Shown here: positions 51,401-63,960 of the stretch, one piece after another
Layout of the letters: the number at the start of each line of letters is the position of its first letter
Position numbering within the stretch: the stretch's first letter is position 1
Source: Sphyrna mokarran
Taxonomy: Eukaryota
Direction: 5' to 3'
DNA: 64,000 nucleotides
NCBI GenBank assembly: GCA_024679065.1
Contig: JAGIQG010000008.1
Location: forward strand, 97,154,001 to 97,218,000
Program-made: the position numbers and the translations under genes
Notes under the pieces: generated by a model
Seen by the model: the letters and a program-made list of their open reading frames with translations, nothing else
The model's database searches: none
Told to the model about the DNA's origin: nothing

Positions 51401-54400
51401 CCTATCTCAGCCAATGGCCAGAAATTTAATCCATTGTGTTCTGAAAATTCAGAATGGGGCTAAGTGTAAAATAAAAAGTTACACAATAACCTCATTATCA
51501 GAAATATCATGCTCAGGACTCTTCACTCATTTAAAACGTTGAAAATACTACATACCAGTAATGTGTAGAGTTATTTCTTTCATCGCCACACTATTAGTGC
51601 ATCTATGTTGTACCTCACAGATATACTTTGTGAGCTGGTCTTCAAGTACATCTGGTGTAATAATTAGGATACTGGTGATGCCATATGATTCATCTTTATA
51701 CTTAATCTCATTTATTTGATGTTTATACTTGTGTATCATCCCATCGTCAGCATCAAAAATTGTTCTGTTGTCCTGATCCAAATGAACAATTTTTTTCAAC
51801 CCACCATCCATCCTCACTTGTTGCCATTGTATCATTAATGGTCTTGGTTTAAAGCCATTGACTGAACAAGTCAAGGCCACAGGTTCATTATGATGAGCTT
51901 GAAGCGGCGCCACAACATCTGAAACTTTTGGTGGGACTTTGGGAATAAAAAACAAAACAGAAAATAGTCAATGACTTAATCCAAAACAACTTTCAGCATT
52001 AATAAGAGTGAGAAAATACTATTTCACAGTGGATTTCTCCATAATTTGGAGACTACAGATGGCAGAACTGCTTTATTACAATTAAGCACATGAAATTTCA
52101 TATATTCAAAGACACAAGTTAACAAAATAAATCCAGACTGCATTCAAAAAGCATTAATAATAATGTTCATGATTTACCTCCTCTCACATCCAGTGTTACA
52201 GATTTCACAGCAGGTTGTGCAAAGGTTTTATGCTGAACGTGGAAAATTAATTCGGCCTCATTATCTCTGAATACATCAGGATACATTTTGATACTGCCTT
52301 GTACTTTGAAGGTTCCATCTCCATTATCATAAAATACTGGCTGCAACTGCTGAAAGGATGGGTCTTCTTCATTGCCATTGATAAGAGGCTGCACTTTATA
52401 GGTTGTATCTCTGGGCGCTGAACTGGTTCTGTGCTCCTGGCTGTGCCATTCAAAAATCTTTTCTTTTTTATCTTCCCTCCTCTTTACAAATAAATAAATT
52501 GCAATGTTCCGAGGTTTAAATCTAAGAATTTGGTAACTGACGATGGTTTCTTCTAAATGGTACATGATGGGAGGTTTGCAGGTAATTTCTGGGGGAACTA
52601 ATAAAACAAAATAAAACTTAATTTAAACACTCATTTGTTGACTCTTATTTTCTTGCTAGGCCACAGGCTGAATGAAGTATATATAGAAGACATTATACTT
52701 TGTGTATCTACACAGTGAGAAGTCTTACAACACCAGGTTAATGTCCAACCGATTCATCTAGAATCACAAGCTTTCAGAGAACTGCTCCTTCATCAGGTGA
52801 GTGGTACTCAAGCTCGTCATTCCAAATAAACCTGTTGGACTTTAACTGGTGTTGTGAGATTTCCAATCCAATGCTGGCATCTTCACATCATATCTACGCA
52901 GTACAGGGATCTCAGTTAGGCTGTGCTACTTTATTACAGCCCTTCTCCGTAAGTCATTTCAGCCAAAGACGACCAAAGGCATGCAAATTGCAGTCAGTGG
53001 GAATCAAATTTCTGTAACCTTTTTGTGCTCATTCAAAAAGATAGGTGCTAAAGCTGGCCCCAGGCACAAAATTGGCTATGGCTCAAGATCAAGTTAATCA
53101 CCACATCCAACCTCTGCTATTACCAGTCATTTGTTTGGCTTCAAGGAAGATCTTAAAATTAAGAATAAATAGAAACTCAACATGTCCTGCAACATCTGTG
53201 GAGGGAGTGTCAATGCCTCAGGTCAGTAATCTCTCCAAATCAGCCAGATCTGCTGAGAATTTCCAGCATTTTAATGTTTCTACTTCCAGCATCCACAGGA
53301 TATTGTTTTTCTTTTAAAATTAACCTTATTTTGGCACAAGAATACAATAGTCACATTTTAAAAGTTTTGAATTGTATTTTTATTTTAATTTAATAAGAGG
53401 GAGATCAATATTAGTAGAGAAATGGTACTAGGAATTTTGAAGATAGTGAAGGTGGATAAATCCCCGGGGCCTGATAATCTCCAGAGTACTTAAGGAAATG
53501 GCTCTAGACATAATGGATGCATTAGTGGTCATCTTTCAGGACTCTACAGTCCCTGCAGATTGGAGGGTAGCAAATGTCACTCCAATATTCAAAAAGGGAG
53601 GTAAAGAGAAAACAAGGAATTATAGACCATAAGCTTAACACCAGTGGGGGGAAAATTCTTGAATCCATTATCAAGAACTTTATAGTACAGCATTTAGAAA
53701 GCAGTGATGGGATCAGACAGAGTCAGCGTGGATTTATGAAGGAGAAATCATCTTGACAAATCTGTTGGAATTCTTTGAAGATGCAACTAGTAGTGTTGAC
53801 AAGGGAGAACCAGTAGATGTAGTATATTTGGACTTTCATAAAGCGTTTGACAAAGTCCCACACAAGAGATTATCTTGCAAGATTAAAACACATGGGATTA
53901 GAGGAAGTGTATTGAGATGGATAGAAAACTGGTTGGGAAAGAGAGAACAAAGAGTAGGGATTATGGTTGCTTTTCAAACTGGTAGGCAGTAATTAGTGGG
54001 GTGCCACAGGGATCAATGCTGGGACCCCAGCTTTCACAATATATATTAATGATTTGGATGAGGGAACAAAATGTAACATGTCAAAGTTTGCAGATGATAC
54101 CAAGTTGGGTGGGAGGGTGAACTATGACAAAGATGCAGAGATCCTTCAGAACGATCTGGACAAGTTGAGTGAGTGGGCTAATCAATGGCAGATACAGTAT
54201 AATTTGGATAAGTGTGAGGTTATTCACCTTGGAAGTAAAAACAAAAAGCCAGATTACTATCTGAATGACTGTAAATTGGGAGAAGGGATATGCAGCGGAC
54301 CTAGGTATCTTTGTGCACCAGTCACTAAATATAAGCATGCAGGTGCAGGATACGGTAAAGTAGGCAAATGGCATATTGTCCTTCATTGCAAGAGATTTTG

Positions 54401-57400
54401 AATGCAGGAGCAGAGATGTGTTGTTGCAGCTATACAGGGCCTTGGTGAGGCCACACCTGAAATATTGTGTGCAGTTTTGGTGTCCTTTCCTGAGGAAGGA
54501 TGTTCCTGCTCTCAGGGAGCGCAGTGAAGGTTTACCAGCCTGATATTGGGGATGGTAGCACTGAGGTACGAAGACAGATTGACTAGGTTAGGATTGTTTT
54601 CGCTGGAGTACAGATGAATGAGGTGGGGTTTCATCGAGACTTATAAAATTCTAACAGGTCTAGACAGGATAGATGCAGGGAGGGTGTTTCCCTGTTAATG
54701 GGGAGTCTAGAACCAGGGGTCATAGTCAAAGGATTCAGGATGGAGGTGAGGAGACATTTCTTTATCCAAAGAGTGGTGAGCCTATGGAATTCATTACTAC
54801 AAGAAGAAGTTGATGCCAAAACATTTAATGCATTCAAGAGGTAGCTAGATATAGCACTTGGGGCAAATGGAATGGTTATGGGGAAAAAGTAGGATTAGGC
54901 TACTGAGTTGGATGATCTTAATGAATGATACAGCAACCTTGAAGAGCCAAATGGCCTCCTCTTGCTCCTACATTCTAAGTAAACAATTACTGTAGCACAA
55001 TAAAACTAGCAAACAGTTCTGTATGTTTTAAAAATATTTTTCAATTATTTCAAATCATTTTAGTTGCAGGACACATTAAAAATATATATTTTTTAAAAAT
55101 TCACAGCTAACATGTAATTACATGAACTGCAATAAGTTTCCTGGTTATATCCTGAAATATGAGAGTGATGCTAGAGAACAGAGGATTTACAAATGATATG
55201 CCCTTTATCAATAAAAAGATGCAAGAACATATCCTGCAATTGCAGTCTAATCAGTTCAACCAGAGTGATAAGGAAGTTTTTAGAAATTATTTTCCAAGAC
55301 AAAAATTGATGGATAAATGTGGATTAATTAAGAAAATCACAGAATTGTTTAACTAACTTATTTTGAGGCAAAAACAGAGAGGATTGATGAAAGGAATGGA
55401 GTTGCTGTTGTTATAATGCAGCCAATGAGAACATTGGATCTGTTATAATGTAACCAATGGTAACATGCTGTGAGGGTCAGCTGACCAGGTAGACAATGAT
55501 AGAATGATATGAGCAGTTGGCCCAGTATAAATAAGAAGCAGATGGGAATTGTGAGAAGCTTGTATGGGTTTAGGGAATGGTTTAGTTTGGAGGGGCATTG
55601 CTTTTTATTTTGGTCGGCACAACATCGAAGGCCGAAGGGCCTGTTCTGTGCTGTATTGTTCTATGTTCTATGTTCAGGGTTTGGCCTTAAGTATTACAGT
55701 AATGAAGTTTCTTTATTAAACTTTTCTCTTTGATTTATTTTCTGAAGTTAATTTTTTATTGCTTGCAACTGAAGTACCCCTATTGCTGGATGATCAGTGG
55801 TCGCAGAAGAAAACCCATCATAGCTTGGTGTTTCTTTTGTAAGGCTTGAAATAGTGCTATAAACTCAGGACATGACCAGAAGGTAGAGGCAAATTCACAT
55901 TATTTGATTGTCCCTCTATCTTTTTGGATGCTGAATCATGCCAGCATTGGAAGGCAGAAGTGGAAATGTATGGCCTTAGCTTTGTCACTTCTTGCTAGAA
56001 GTAAGATAAAGAGCAAAGTGTTTGCTGAGTGGATTGCAGATGATAAAAAAAAGGAAGATTAAAGTTCCTGTTACAACATGTAGATATGTTTTACCAAAAA
56101 GATGAAGTTTTGAAGAATTATGAATGGTGGGTGATTTTTGACAGGATTAGAAGATAAAACCAGTCTATGGAGGAATATATTATGGATTTTGATAGGGGCT
56201 ATAACAGGCTAATGAAACTTAATTTGGAGATTCCAGATACGGTTTTAGCCTTTAGGTTATTGGACTATGCAGGTCTTGTTTTAGATGGACAGTCTTCTGG
56301 TAATGACTGAAGTACAATATAAGGGAATAGAGTCCCTCTTTGATCAACTGATAGTATTATTAAAAAAAAGACTTTTTTGGGAAACAATTGTTCTCAGGCA
56401 CTTTTCTCATTTCAGATTGGAATGTTATAGCATCCAGGATAGAGGATTTGATGGTAGCTTGGCTATGTTTTTGATCAAATGGTACAGAAAGTCCCTAAAT
56501 AATCTATTACACTAATAACAGATCTGATATTGAAACTGGATACAACTGCTTTGATAATGAAGATAGAAGATGCCTATGGGAGGGTGATTAAAAGATGTTT
56601 AAATTGAAAAAATGGTAAAGGGATTGTGAATTGTTGTTTCCAATCTGATTTCCCTATATTACAACATAGTGAATTATCCACAAAGAAGAAATCACATCTT
56701 TGAAACCACAAATGAAACAGAATATGTATAAACGTTCAGTGCTGAAGATAAGGATCATGAAGCGTTCAGTCAATGAAAGGATGCAACTGTTATTAGTAGA
56801 GCAGGGAAGACCACTTGAAAGTATAAACATTGGTTGAATGTACAGAATATAGGGGAGGATGTCAGGACCATGGATTGGGAACATGAAGTTCAAAAATGGA
56901 ATGCATAAGAAACACAGTGTCAGTTCCTGTGATCACATTCACCATCGTCTGAAGAGATAGAGAACCTCTCACAACAGGAGGGAAAGATCAAGCAGTGGTA
57001 GTTCAGAATGAGGTATCAAGAAGAATAGGGACATAGCTTGACAAGGTTTCAATGTATGGGTAAGACTACAAATGCTACTAGGAGTAGAAGCTCACATGCT
57101 CATAACGTTTTGGTGGCTTCTAAATTAGATAAAAAAGTTTAAAATGATGTTGAACTGCATAGTTGGAGTGAATTTGGGCTATACATGGAGATATCAGATA
57201 GCAGTGCTGTGAAGTTGCATATGTGAGGTTAAAATATGGTGTTTGACAAATGTAAATAGTGAAAAGAAATGCTAAAACCAAAAGAAATCATATAGCATTT
57301 TCCTTTATTTTTTAAAAAAAGATATCTTTGAGTGGATTTTAAACTTCAGGCTGCAGAAACAATTGTTACAAAGACCTGCATCAAAACCTTGCAGTCAGGG

Positions 57401-60400
57401 TTCTAACCTAAGCAAGACAGGCTTTTGAATTGGACCAATGAATTTAAAGCAAGTAAACAGTGACACAACCAATGGAATTCAAATGTGAGAACTGACAGTC
57501 TCAAGCCACTAATATCACAGGAATGCTGAGGTAATTCCAGGCATATAAATCCAGATGAGAGGGGAAATTGTCAGAATATGCTTGCTATATTTTAGGTCAG
57601 AAGGAGGGTAGGTGAAGCTGGCATGTAAATTCTGCCGTTTCATATGTCTTCACAAAATTGCCACCTAACTACAGGAAAATCAATATCTGGAATCAATACA
57701 AAAGTATTCCAGATGTGAGCATTAGAAGAAAATTAGGAGAAAATTTGTACTTCTAAAAGATGCTTGTTTATATTTTAGTTGACAGTGACTGAATTCTGTA
57801 ATGATTTATTTCATTATTGCAGAGGGAGTCTTGTGCCTGAACAGCATTTATTGGGGTTTTATTCCATTTGTTAATTTGTTTTAAAGTTGTCACCAGCTTT
57901 AAAAAAAAACCTATTAATTGTTCGTTGTCAGATCCTGTTTTAACAAAACTAATAACTTCCTGCTCCCTCACACATACTTGTACAAGATTTCGAAGGAAGG
58001 TATATCCCTTTTGGGTGGTTCCAAGATTGTGCAGAAGGGAAAAATCATCTCCACGTCGTAACAGGGAACAAAGAGTTTGATCTCACAGATGGATTTGCAT
58101 GGAAAAGCTGCTTCTTGATGGAATTTGTAAGACAAAGGCCAGGCTTGTAGCAAAGGGATCTGAAGTAAATTTAGGAGACCAGGAGACCAGAGATTCATCC
58201 ATAGCAGGAAAGGTTATTTTAAGATCTTCTTGGTTCTGTTAGCTACAGGTGCCTATGAATGCAAATCTATCAATGTTAAAGCTGCTTTTTAGTGGGAGCA
58301 TCAGTTTCAGAGAGATATTTTTCTCCATTCTCCCAAAGAGGGAGCTAACACTGAAGGAAACTCTGGAAGTTAGATAGATGTCAGTGTATATATAATCTAG
58401 AGTTTGCATTTTTCCATAAGGCATTTTTGTTAAAGTTAGGCTATTGCCAGTAGAAACCAGGTCTTGTGATGTTTTACTGGCACTGTGGAGGAAAACTTTC
58501 TGGTATCTTTATGATGCATGTCAATGATCATGTTGAAGCTATTGTATTTTCTGTGCTGAGGAAGGAGTTCAAGGCTGGAAGGAAGGCTTCAGGAGCTTCC
58601 AAACATTTTGGGCTGGAAATTGGACAGACTGAGGCAGGTGTCACTTTACGTTAGCAATCTTATTTGCAGAGTCCAATTGCAATTAGTGGTGGTCAGGTTT
58701 CACAAAGGACACAGTGGTTTCTAAGATGGGAAAAGAGGAACTCTGAAGTTTGGACAACTGAATTGCCTACGTAGTCAGACCAGACTGGATGTTAATCTTG
58801 ATGTCTTAGAGTTAAGTACAAAAATGAATCTTCCTATGGTGGAAGACATAATGAGAGCAAACAAAATGTTAGCCCAACTGAAAATGCAAGAGCAAGTTTT
58901 GAGGATCCTACGTTTGAGGGATTTTAGGCACCTGAAACTCATAGATTATAGTTATTCTACACTAATTTATGTGATGGTTTTCAAACCACAATCAGATTAG
59001 ACCTGATTTTACTGGATGGGCTCGAAGGGCAACAGCAGGGAGTGGAACTCTCTCCTTCAGAGATTCAAAATGGATCTGACAAGCCAAACTCTTCTATATT
59101 GTTACCATTTTATCATTTTAAGTTAGTCAAATGGCAGTACTGAACTTTCATGTTGCTGAAAAAGAAATATATTTTTGTTGAAGATTTTCATCTTGCAATC
59201 ATCAGGATAACTTTCCAGCATACCAAATGTAAATGATGAGAGTGCTGATTGGCTGACAAATGGGCTCTCGATTAGTAGAGACATTACCCCACAGAGAATG
59301 CATCAGTTCGTGGCGACTGCCAAGCACGTGGTTGAAATTTAAACCAGGCAATATGACTTTAATTGGTCAAGGTATTGTCCTGAGGAGTGAATTGCTTGAC
59401 ACTTTTTATTTAGCTGAAAAACAGCACAATGTGTGTATTTCTTTGCAAAGACCAGAGCTCTGTGAATTCATAAATATGATGTCAAGATGCAGCATTGGAC
59501 TGGTGTAAACACAGTAAGAGGTGTCTCAACACCAGGTTTAAGTCCAACCAGTTTATTTGATAGTAGTCCCACACTAGTAATCCATGGATAGATTAATGTG
59601 GGATTACTATCAAATAAACTGATTGGACTTAAACCTAATGTTGTAAGACTTCTTACTGTGTTTACCTATTCATATATAGCCTTCAGTACACAGAAAATTG
59701 CTTGTCAGCATGATCCTTAGTACACTGAGGATTATTTAGCAAATGTCCAAACATGGAGTCACATGTAATGTTGGACACTGAGTTTTGTAAGCACACCATA
59801 GTTGGATAAAGTCTGCCTTACCTATTGCAAACAGTTTGCCAATCTTTGTATATATATATAAAACATTGCATTGGCACAGATATTCATATACCACAATACT
59901 CAATTCTGTGATTGGCAGAATGTCTTTTTGACTTGGTGGCAGCATCCTGTTAGTGGTGATTCTAAACTATTATGTGTAAAATGAAGGAATATTTTTTGAA
60001 ACAACTGCACCAATTAATGATGGAGCTTTACATTTGACAAAATAAAAGTTCATTTTCCAGAGACTGAGAAATAGTTTGCAGCCAGGTCGCCCAGAGCTAA
60101 ATCTAACATCCAGGTTACTTTTTCTAACTGCTGGGTACATAAACACAAGGACTATTATGGGAAAAATCTGCAATAAGTAGCCAAGAATGATGAGAACAAA
60201 GGCCACTCAAATACATAGTTACTGCAAATAAAAAGGTTTCACCAGTATATACATTACCTCCTCTGAATTTGTACCAACATAAAATTGCACCGAGAAGCAT
60301 ACATAATGATACAAATAGAAATAGCAATATATTAACTGCTAAATTCTCCTCAGGCTCTGAAGTTTCTGAAAAAGAAATACAGAAGCTTTCAGATTAAAAT

Positions 60401-62674
60401 TACCACAATAAACTGTCATTTGCACAAAATGTTGTCTGATTTGCTTCATTTCTTTTAAATCATAATTTAAGATAATTAAATCATTAAAGAATCTGATATT
60501 ACAGATCTGTGCTGTTAACAAACTCTCTAAACAATAGTCTAGAAATATAGTGGTGCAAAAGGAGTGTGATTAATGTAAATAAGCTGCAATTACCGACGAC
60601 CCAGAGAGGATTTTACTTTGTAATTTCACAGATCAGTTCATTTTCATCCACATTGGAGTGACGAAAACAAGATTTTTAAAAGACAGTTTTAAACAAAGAC
60701 TGCAGCAGGCAAATAGAGGATGGATAGAATCATAGAAGTTTATAGCATGGAAAAGGTCCCTCGGCCCAATTTGTCCATGCTGCTTTTTTTAAACTTCTAA
60801 ACTAATCCTGATTTGCCCACGCTGTCCCTCTATACCCATTGTACCCCTCAACCTCCTACGCTCCAGAGGAAAGAGTCCCAGTCTATCCAGCCTCTCCTTA
60901 ATTCAATCCATCAATTCATCAAGTGCAGGTAGCATCTTAGTAAATCTTTTCTGCACTCTTTCTGGTTTAATAATACCCTTTCTATAACAAGGTGACCAGA
61001 ACTGGACACAGTATTCCAAGTGTGGCCTTAACAATATCTTATGCAACTTCAACAAGACATTCCAACTCCTGTACTCAATGTTCTGAGCGATGAAACCAAG
61101 ATGCCAAATGTCTTCTTCACCACTCTGTCCACCTGTGACTCCATCTTCAAGGAGCTATGAACATGTACCCCAAGATTTTTGTTCTGTAAATCTTCCCAAA
61201 GTTCTACCACTAATTGAGCAGTCAATCCACCAAAATGCATCACCTTGCATTCGTCTAAATTAAACTCCATCTGCCATTTGTCAACCCACTGGCCCAATTG
61301 GAATAAGGAACTATGGTCAACTTAGGCCAGAACTTGCATAGTGACAGAGATCCTTTCTTTCTGATGCAGAAACGTTGCCCCCAAATGTGGCATTTTCATG
61401 CAGGGTGGGGTGGAGTGGGAAGTGGGGGGATGCAGACAGTATCCCAAATTGAACATCCAGGGTTAACTGAAGCAGCTTCCATAATTTTTGGCACATGGGA
61501 TGGGAGAATTGCTTGATGGCCTTTTCGCAGGATTCGTGAACACATGCACTTCTCCTACAGCTGGAGAACAGGCACAGTCAGGAGTGTACTGGAAACTAGT
61601 GGGAAGAGAAATGTATTTTAAATGTGATTATCAGGCCCCACATGGAATTCTCCAGGATAGCATCTCCTAACCCTACCAGAATAGTTCTCCTCTTGTGGAG
61701 AACTAGTGAGACATTGCCAGAGTGAAGGTGGGGGGGGAATTGGCTCCCCCCCCCTCCAGGGGGGTGGGGCAGTGGGGGGGAGGGAGGGTGTGATACCTCC
61801 TGGGCATGGACATCCTGATACTGTCCAAGGGGCAGTGCCAAGAGGATGGGGGCTGGGGATGTGACCTGGAGAGCAAATGGTGGCCCCAATGAGGTCGGGC
61901 TTAAAGGAAGGGGTAGGGCCAAGAGGCGGAGCTTATATTCGGCAGGATCTAATGTCGATCAGTGGGGGTGAAGGGTTCCTGCTGCCACGCTGCATTGGGA
62001 TTGATTGGGACTGGAAGGAGGCTAGTGGTCAGAGAGGGTCTGCCTCATGGGGAGTGGCAGTGTGAATCACTACTGTGGGGAGGGGGTAGTGTGGAGGGTG
62101 GCAGTGCTGGAGATCGAAGCATTCCAGGAAGGGGAGGAGGGGGGCGTCAAATCAAATAAATTAACTCAAATTAACTGAGGGACAAAGTAAAAGAGGCAAC
62201 TCCCCAAAAGGAGGGGGAACAAAGACTTAGGTCAGATGCAAATCCAAGTAGAAATCCAATAGTAATAAATAGGCAACACGCTTAAATGTTTGTAAACTAT
62301 AATAAAAACAGACTGAAAAATCTTTAGCAAAGAAAGGAACGTACCTATCACTCTGAGCGTACTTTCTTGTGAAATGCCATCAGGACGAACTGACCGGTGA
62401 GTCACAAAACATCTGTACACATCTCCATCATCATCCAATGTTGGTACAATTGTTATTTTGCTGGAAACACTGAAGGTTCCATCATTATTGGGAGTGACAG
62501 CTCTGGAACAGACATCTGTTAGGTTTTTTGGTTCCTTAGATCCTTTGTTTGAGATCTTTTGCCAGATGAGTCCATGCTGCTCAGGGTAAAATCCTGTAAC
62601 ATTACAACTCAAGGTTCCCTCAGATCCAATCAAAATCTTGATGTGTTCTCTGGATAAACTGATCACTGGCCGAG
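45383..62674 (-). CDS. Gene B: paralogous B7-H6/NCR3LG1-like protein, [V outside window]-C1-TM-(C1-like)x5-YENL exon; complement join(62345..62674,60258..60365,52178..52597,51556..51936,51020..51322,46995..47306,45705..46019,45383..45430)
   Basis: Open phase-1/1 exons in the same order as gene A; domain-by-domain similarity of C1 and D1-D3 to gene A. Confidence 0.83.
45705..46019 (-). CDS. Gene B post-TM domain D5 (lacks first Cys)
   Basis: tttcag|CTCAT...AAAG|gtgggt; [31 protein letters not shown]. Confidence 0.88.
46640..46892 (-). repeat. HE1-like SINE
   Basis: Minus strand gtggttagcactgctgct..ggttcgattccc. Confidence 0.8.
46995..47306 (-). CDS. Gene B post-TM domain D4 (lacks second Cys)
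   Basis: tttatag|GAATT...CCAG|gtaggt; [19 protein letters not shown]. Confidence 0.88.
48405..49285 (-). mobile_element. CR1 3' part with a long 3' UTR, nested in a SINE
   Basis: [34 protein letters not shown]. Confidence 0.9.
51020..51322 (-). CDS. Gene B post-TM domain D3
   Basis: attcag|CCCCT...CTGG|gtaagc; [28 protein letters not shown], collinear with A-D3. Confidence 0.9.
51556..51936 (-). CDS. Gene B post-TM domain D2
   Basis: cccaaag|TCCCA...ACTG|gtatgt; [24 protein letters not shown], collinear with A-D2. Confidence 0.9.
52178..52597 (-). CDS. Gene B post-TM domain D1 (both canonical Cys and the core Trp replaced)
   Basis: ttattag|TTCCC...GGAG|gtaaat; [43 protein letters not shown], collinear with A-D1. 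Confidence 0.85.
52711..52890. mobile_element. Penelope-terminus-derived mini-palindrome in the intron upstream of gene B D1
   Basis: Arms caacaccaggttaatgtccaac / gttggactttaactggtgttg; TSD TATCTAC[A/G]CAGT at 52705-52716 and 52891-52902. Confidence 0.78.
53400..54978 (+). mobile_element. CR1-type LINE RT region, decayed
   Basis: [32 protein letters not shown]. Confidence 0.92.
55441..58985 (+). mobile_element. Decayed Ty1/copia-type LTR retrotransposon
   Basis: LTR-like TGTTA... segment; gag-like [22 protein letters not shown] (about 56168); RT motifs [15 protein letters not shown] (58135-58158), NVKAAF, MHVND, QTRLDV. Confidence 0.7.
59477..59667. mobile_element. Penelope-terminus-derived mini-palindrome
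   Basis: About 70-bp inverted arms gtaaacacagtaag...tttatttgatagtagtcccaca / tgtgggattactatcaaataaa...cttactgtgtttac; TSD ATTCATA[A/T]ATA at 59466-59476 and 59668-59678. Confidence 0.8.
60258..60365 (-). CDS. Gene B transmembrane exon ([36 protein letters not shown])
   Basis: tttttcag|AAAC...GGAG|gtaatg; 108 nt; an alternative in-frame acceptor would start the exon at 60356 (EPEEN, like gene A EPEVV). Confidence 0.87.
60728..61300 (-). mobile_element. CR1 3' fragment
   Basis: [20 protein letters not shown]; atcatagaagtttatagcatgg tail. Confidence 0.85.
62345..62674 (-). CDS. Gene B extracellular IgC1 exon
   Basis: aatgcag|CTCGG...ATAG|gtacgt; [30 protein letters not shown]. Confidence 0.92.
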
Positions 62675-63639
62675 CTGCATTAAAGATAAATGTGAGAATA
62701 GGTCAGATAGGCTTAAGACATTCCCAAAAAGATCTAAACTCAGATCTAAGTTATTCCATACAACAATGTTCCATAAACAACTTTTTGTCTGTCTTCAGCT
62801 ATTCCAATCGTACAGGTTTCTACAAGATGGTGCACAATTATGCCCAGAGTAAATTAATCTCAAATTTGGATGGAAACATTCCAAATTCATCTGTCACCAA
62901 TAAGGATGGGGAGAAATTGGAGAAGAAGGATAAAACATCTTTAACACATTTCTAAATGAAGGGGAAGAAAAAAATACATGCAGTCTATAAATCATTTCTT
63001 AATATCAAAGGTCATCCCAAGATTTTAACAATCAATTAAGTACTTTTGAAGTGTAATAGTTGTTCATGTAGGAATCATGGCAGTCAATTTTCACATAACC
63101 AGCAAACAATTTGATTAACAATGATCAGAAGATCAGTTTTCTTAAAGGTAAATCTCCCACTCTTAGATGGATTTAAAGGTTGGGACAGCACTATCTCTGT
63201 TGTCCCATCCTTTTTAGTTTAGTATCTCATCTTCAGTTTAGCTTTAGTTTAGTATCTCATTGAGACACCACACCTCAAAGTAGGGAACACCCTCAGTGAT
63301 GCACAATGCAGTATCAGCTTTTAATTATTTGATTCAAGCTCTGGAACGGGGTGCAAAACCACAAACTTCTGACAAAGATAAAAGTGCTCCAAAAGAGTCT
63401 AAATTAATACATAAGATGCTTTGGTGGGAAATACTAAAAAAGGATTTAGATTACTGAAGGAATGCTGGAACTGGGGAGGCCACAGCCAAAAGGATGGTGT
63501 ATTCTGGAAAGGGTCAGTAAAGCCTGGAGGAGGTTACAGGGACATGGAAAGCCAAGATCACAAAGGGTTAATTAAACAATTTAAAATTTAGGAACCATAA
63601 TTTATAATTATTTGTAACACAGTGCATTTTTTTTTGAAA

Positions 63640-63960
63640 TGTAGAGAAGCAAGAGGAGACTATATGGTCTGTCAGGCACCCTCTACCATTTAAAATGATT
63701 ACAGCTGAACCTCCTCTTCAACTTAACTCTTTTACCTACTCCTCGTATCTTTTAGTTCCCTGAGACACCAAAACTCTGTTACCTCAACATATTCAATGAT
63801 TGAGCATCACAACTTTCTGGCATAAGAGAGCTCCAAAGATCCACAACCCCTTTGAATGAAGAAATCTCTCCTCTGTTCTAAATAATTGCCCTCTTACCCT
63901 AAGACTGTACTTTCATGTTCCCAAATCCCCAAACAGAAAGAAAATTCTGTGTCAATTCTG
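63640..63960 (-). mobile_element. Decayed CR1 3' fragment
   Basis: ccacaaccctttgaatgaagaaatctctc resembles the reverse complement of FFTQRVV. Confidence 0.55.
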
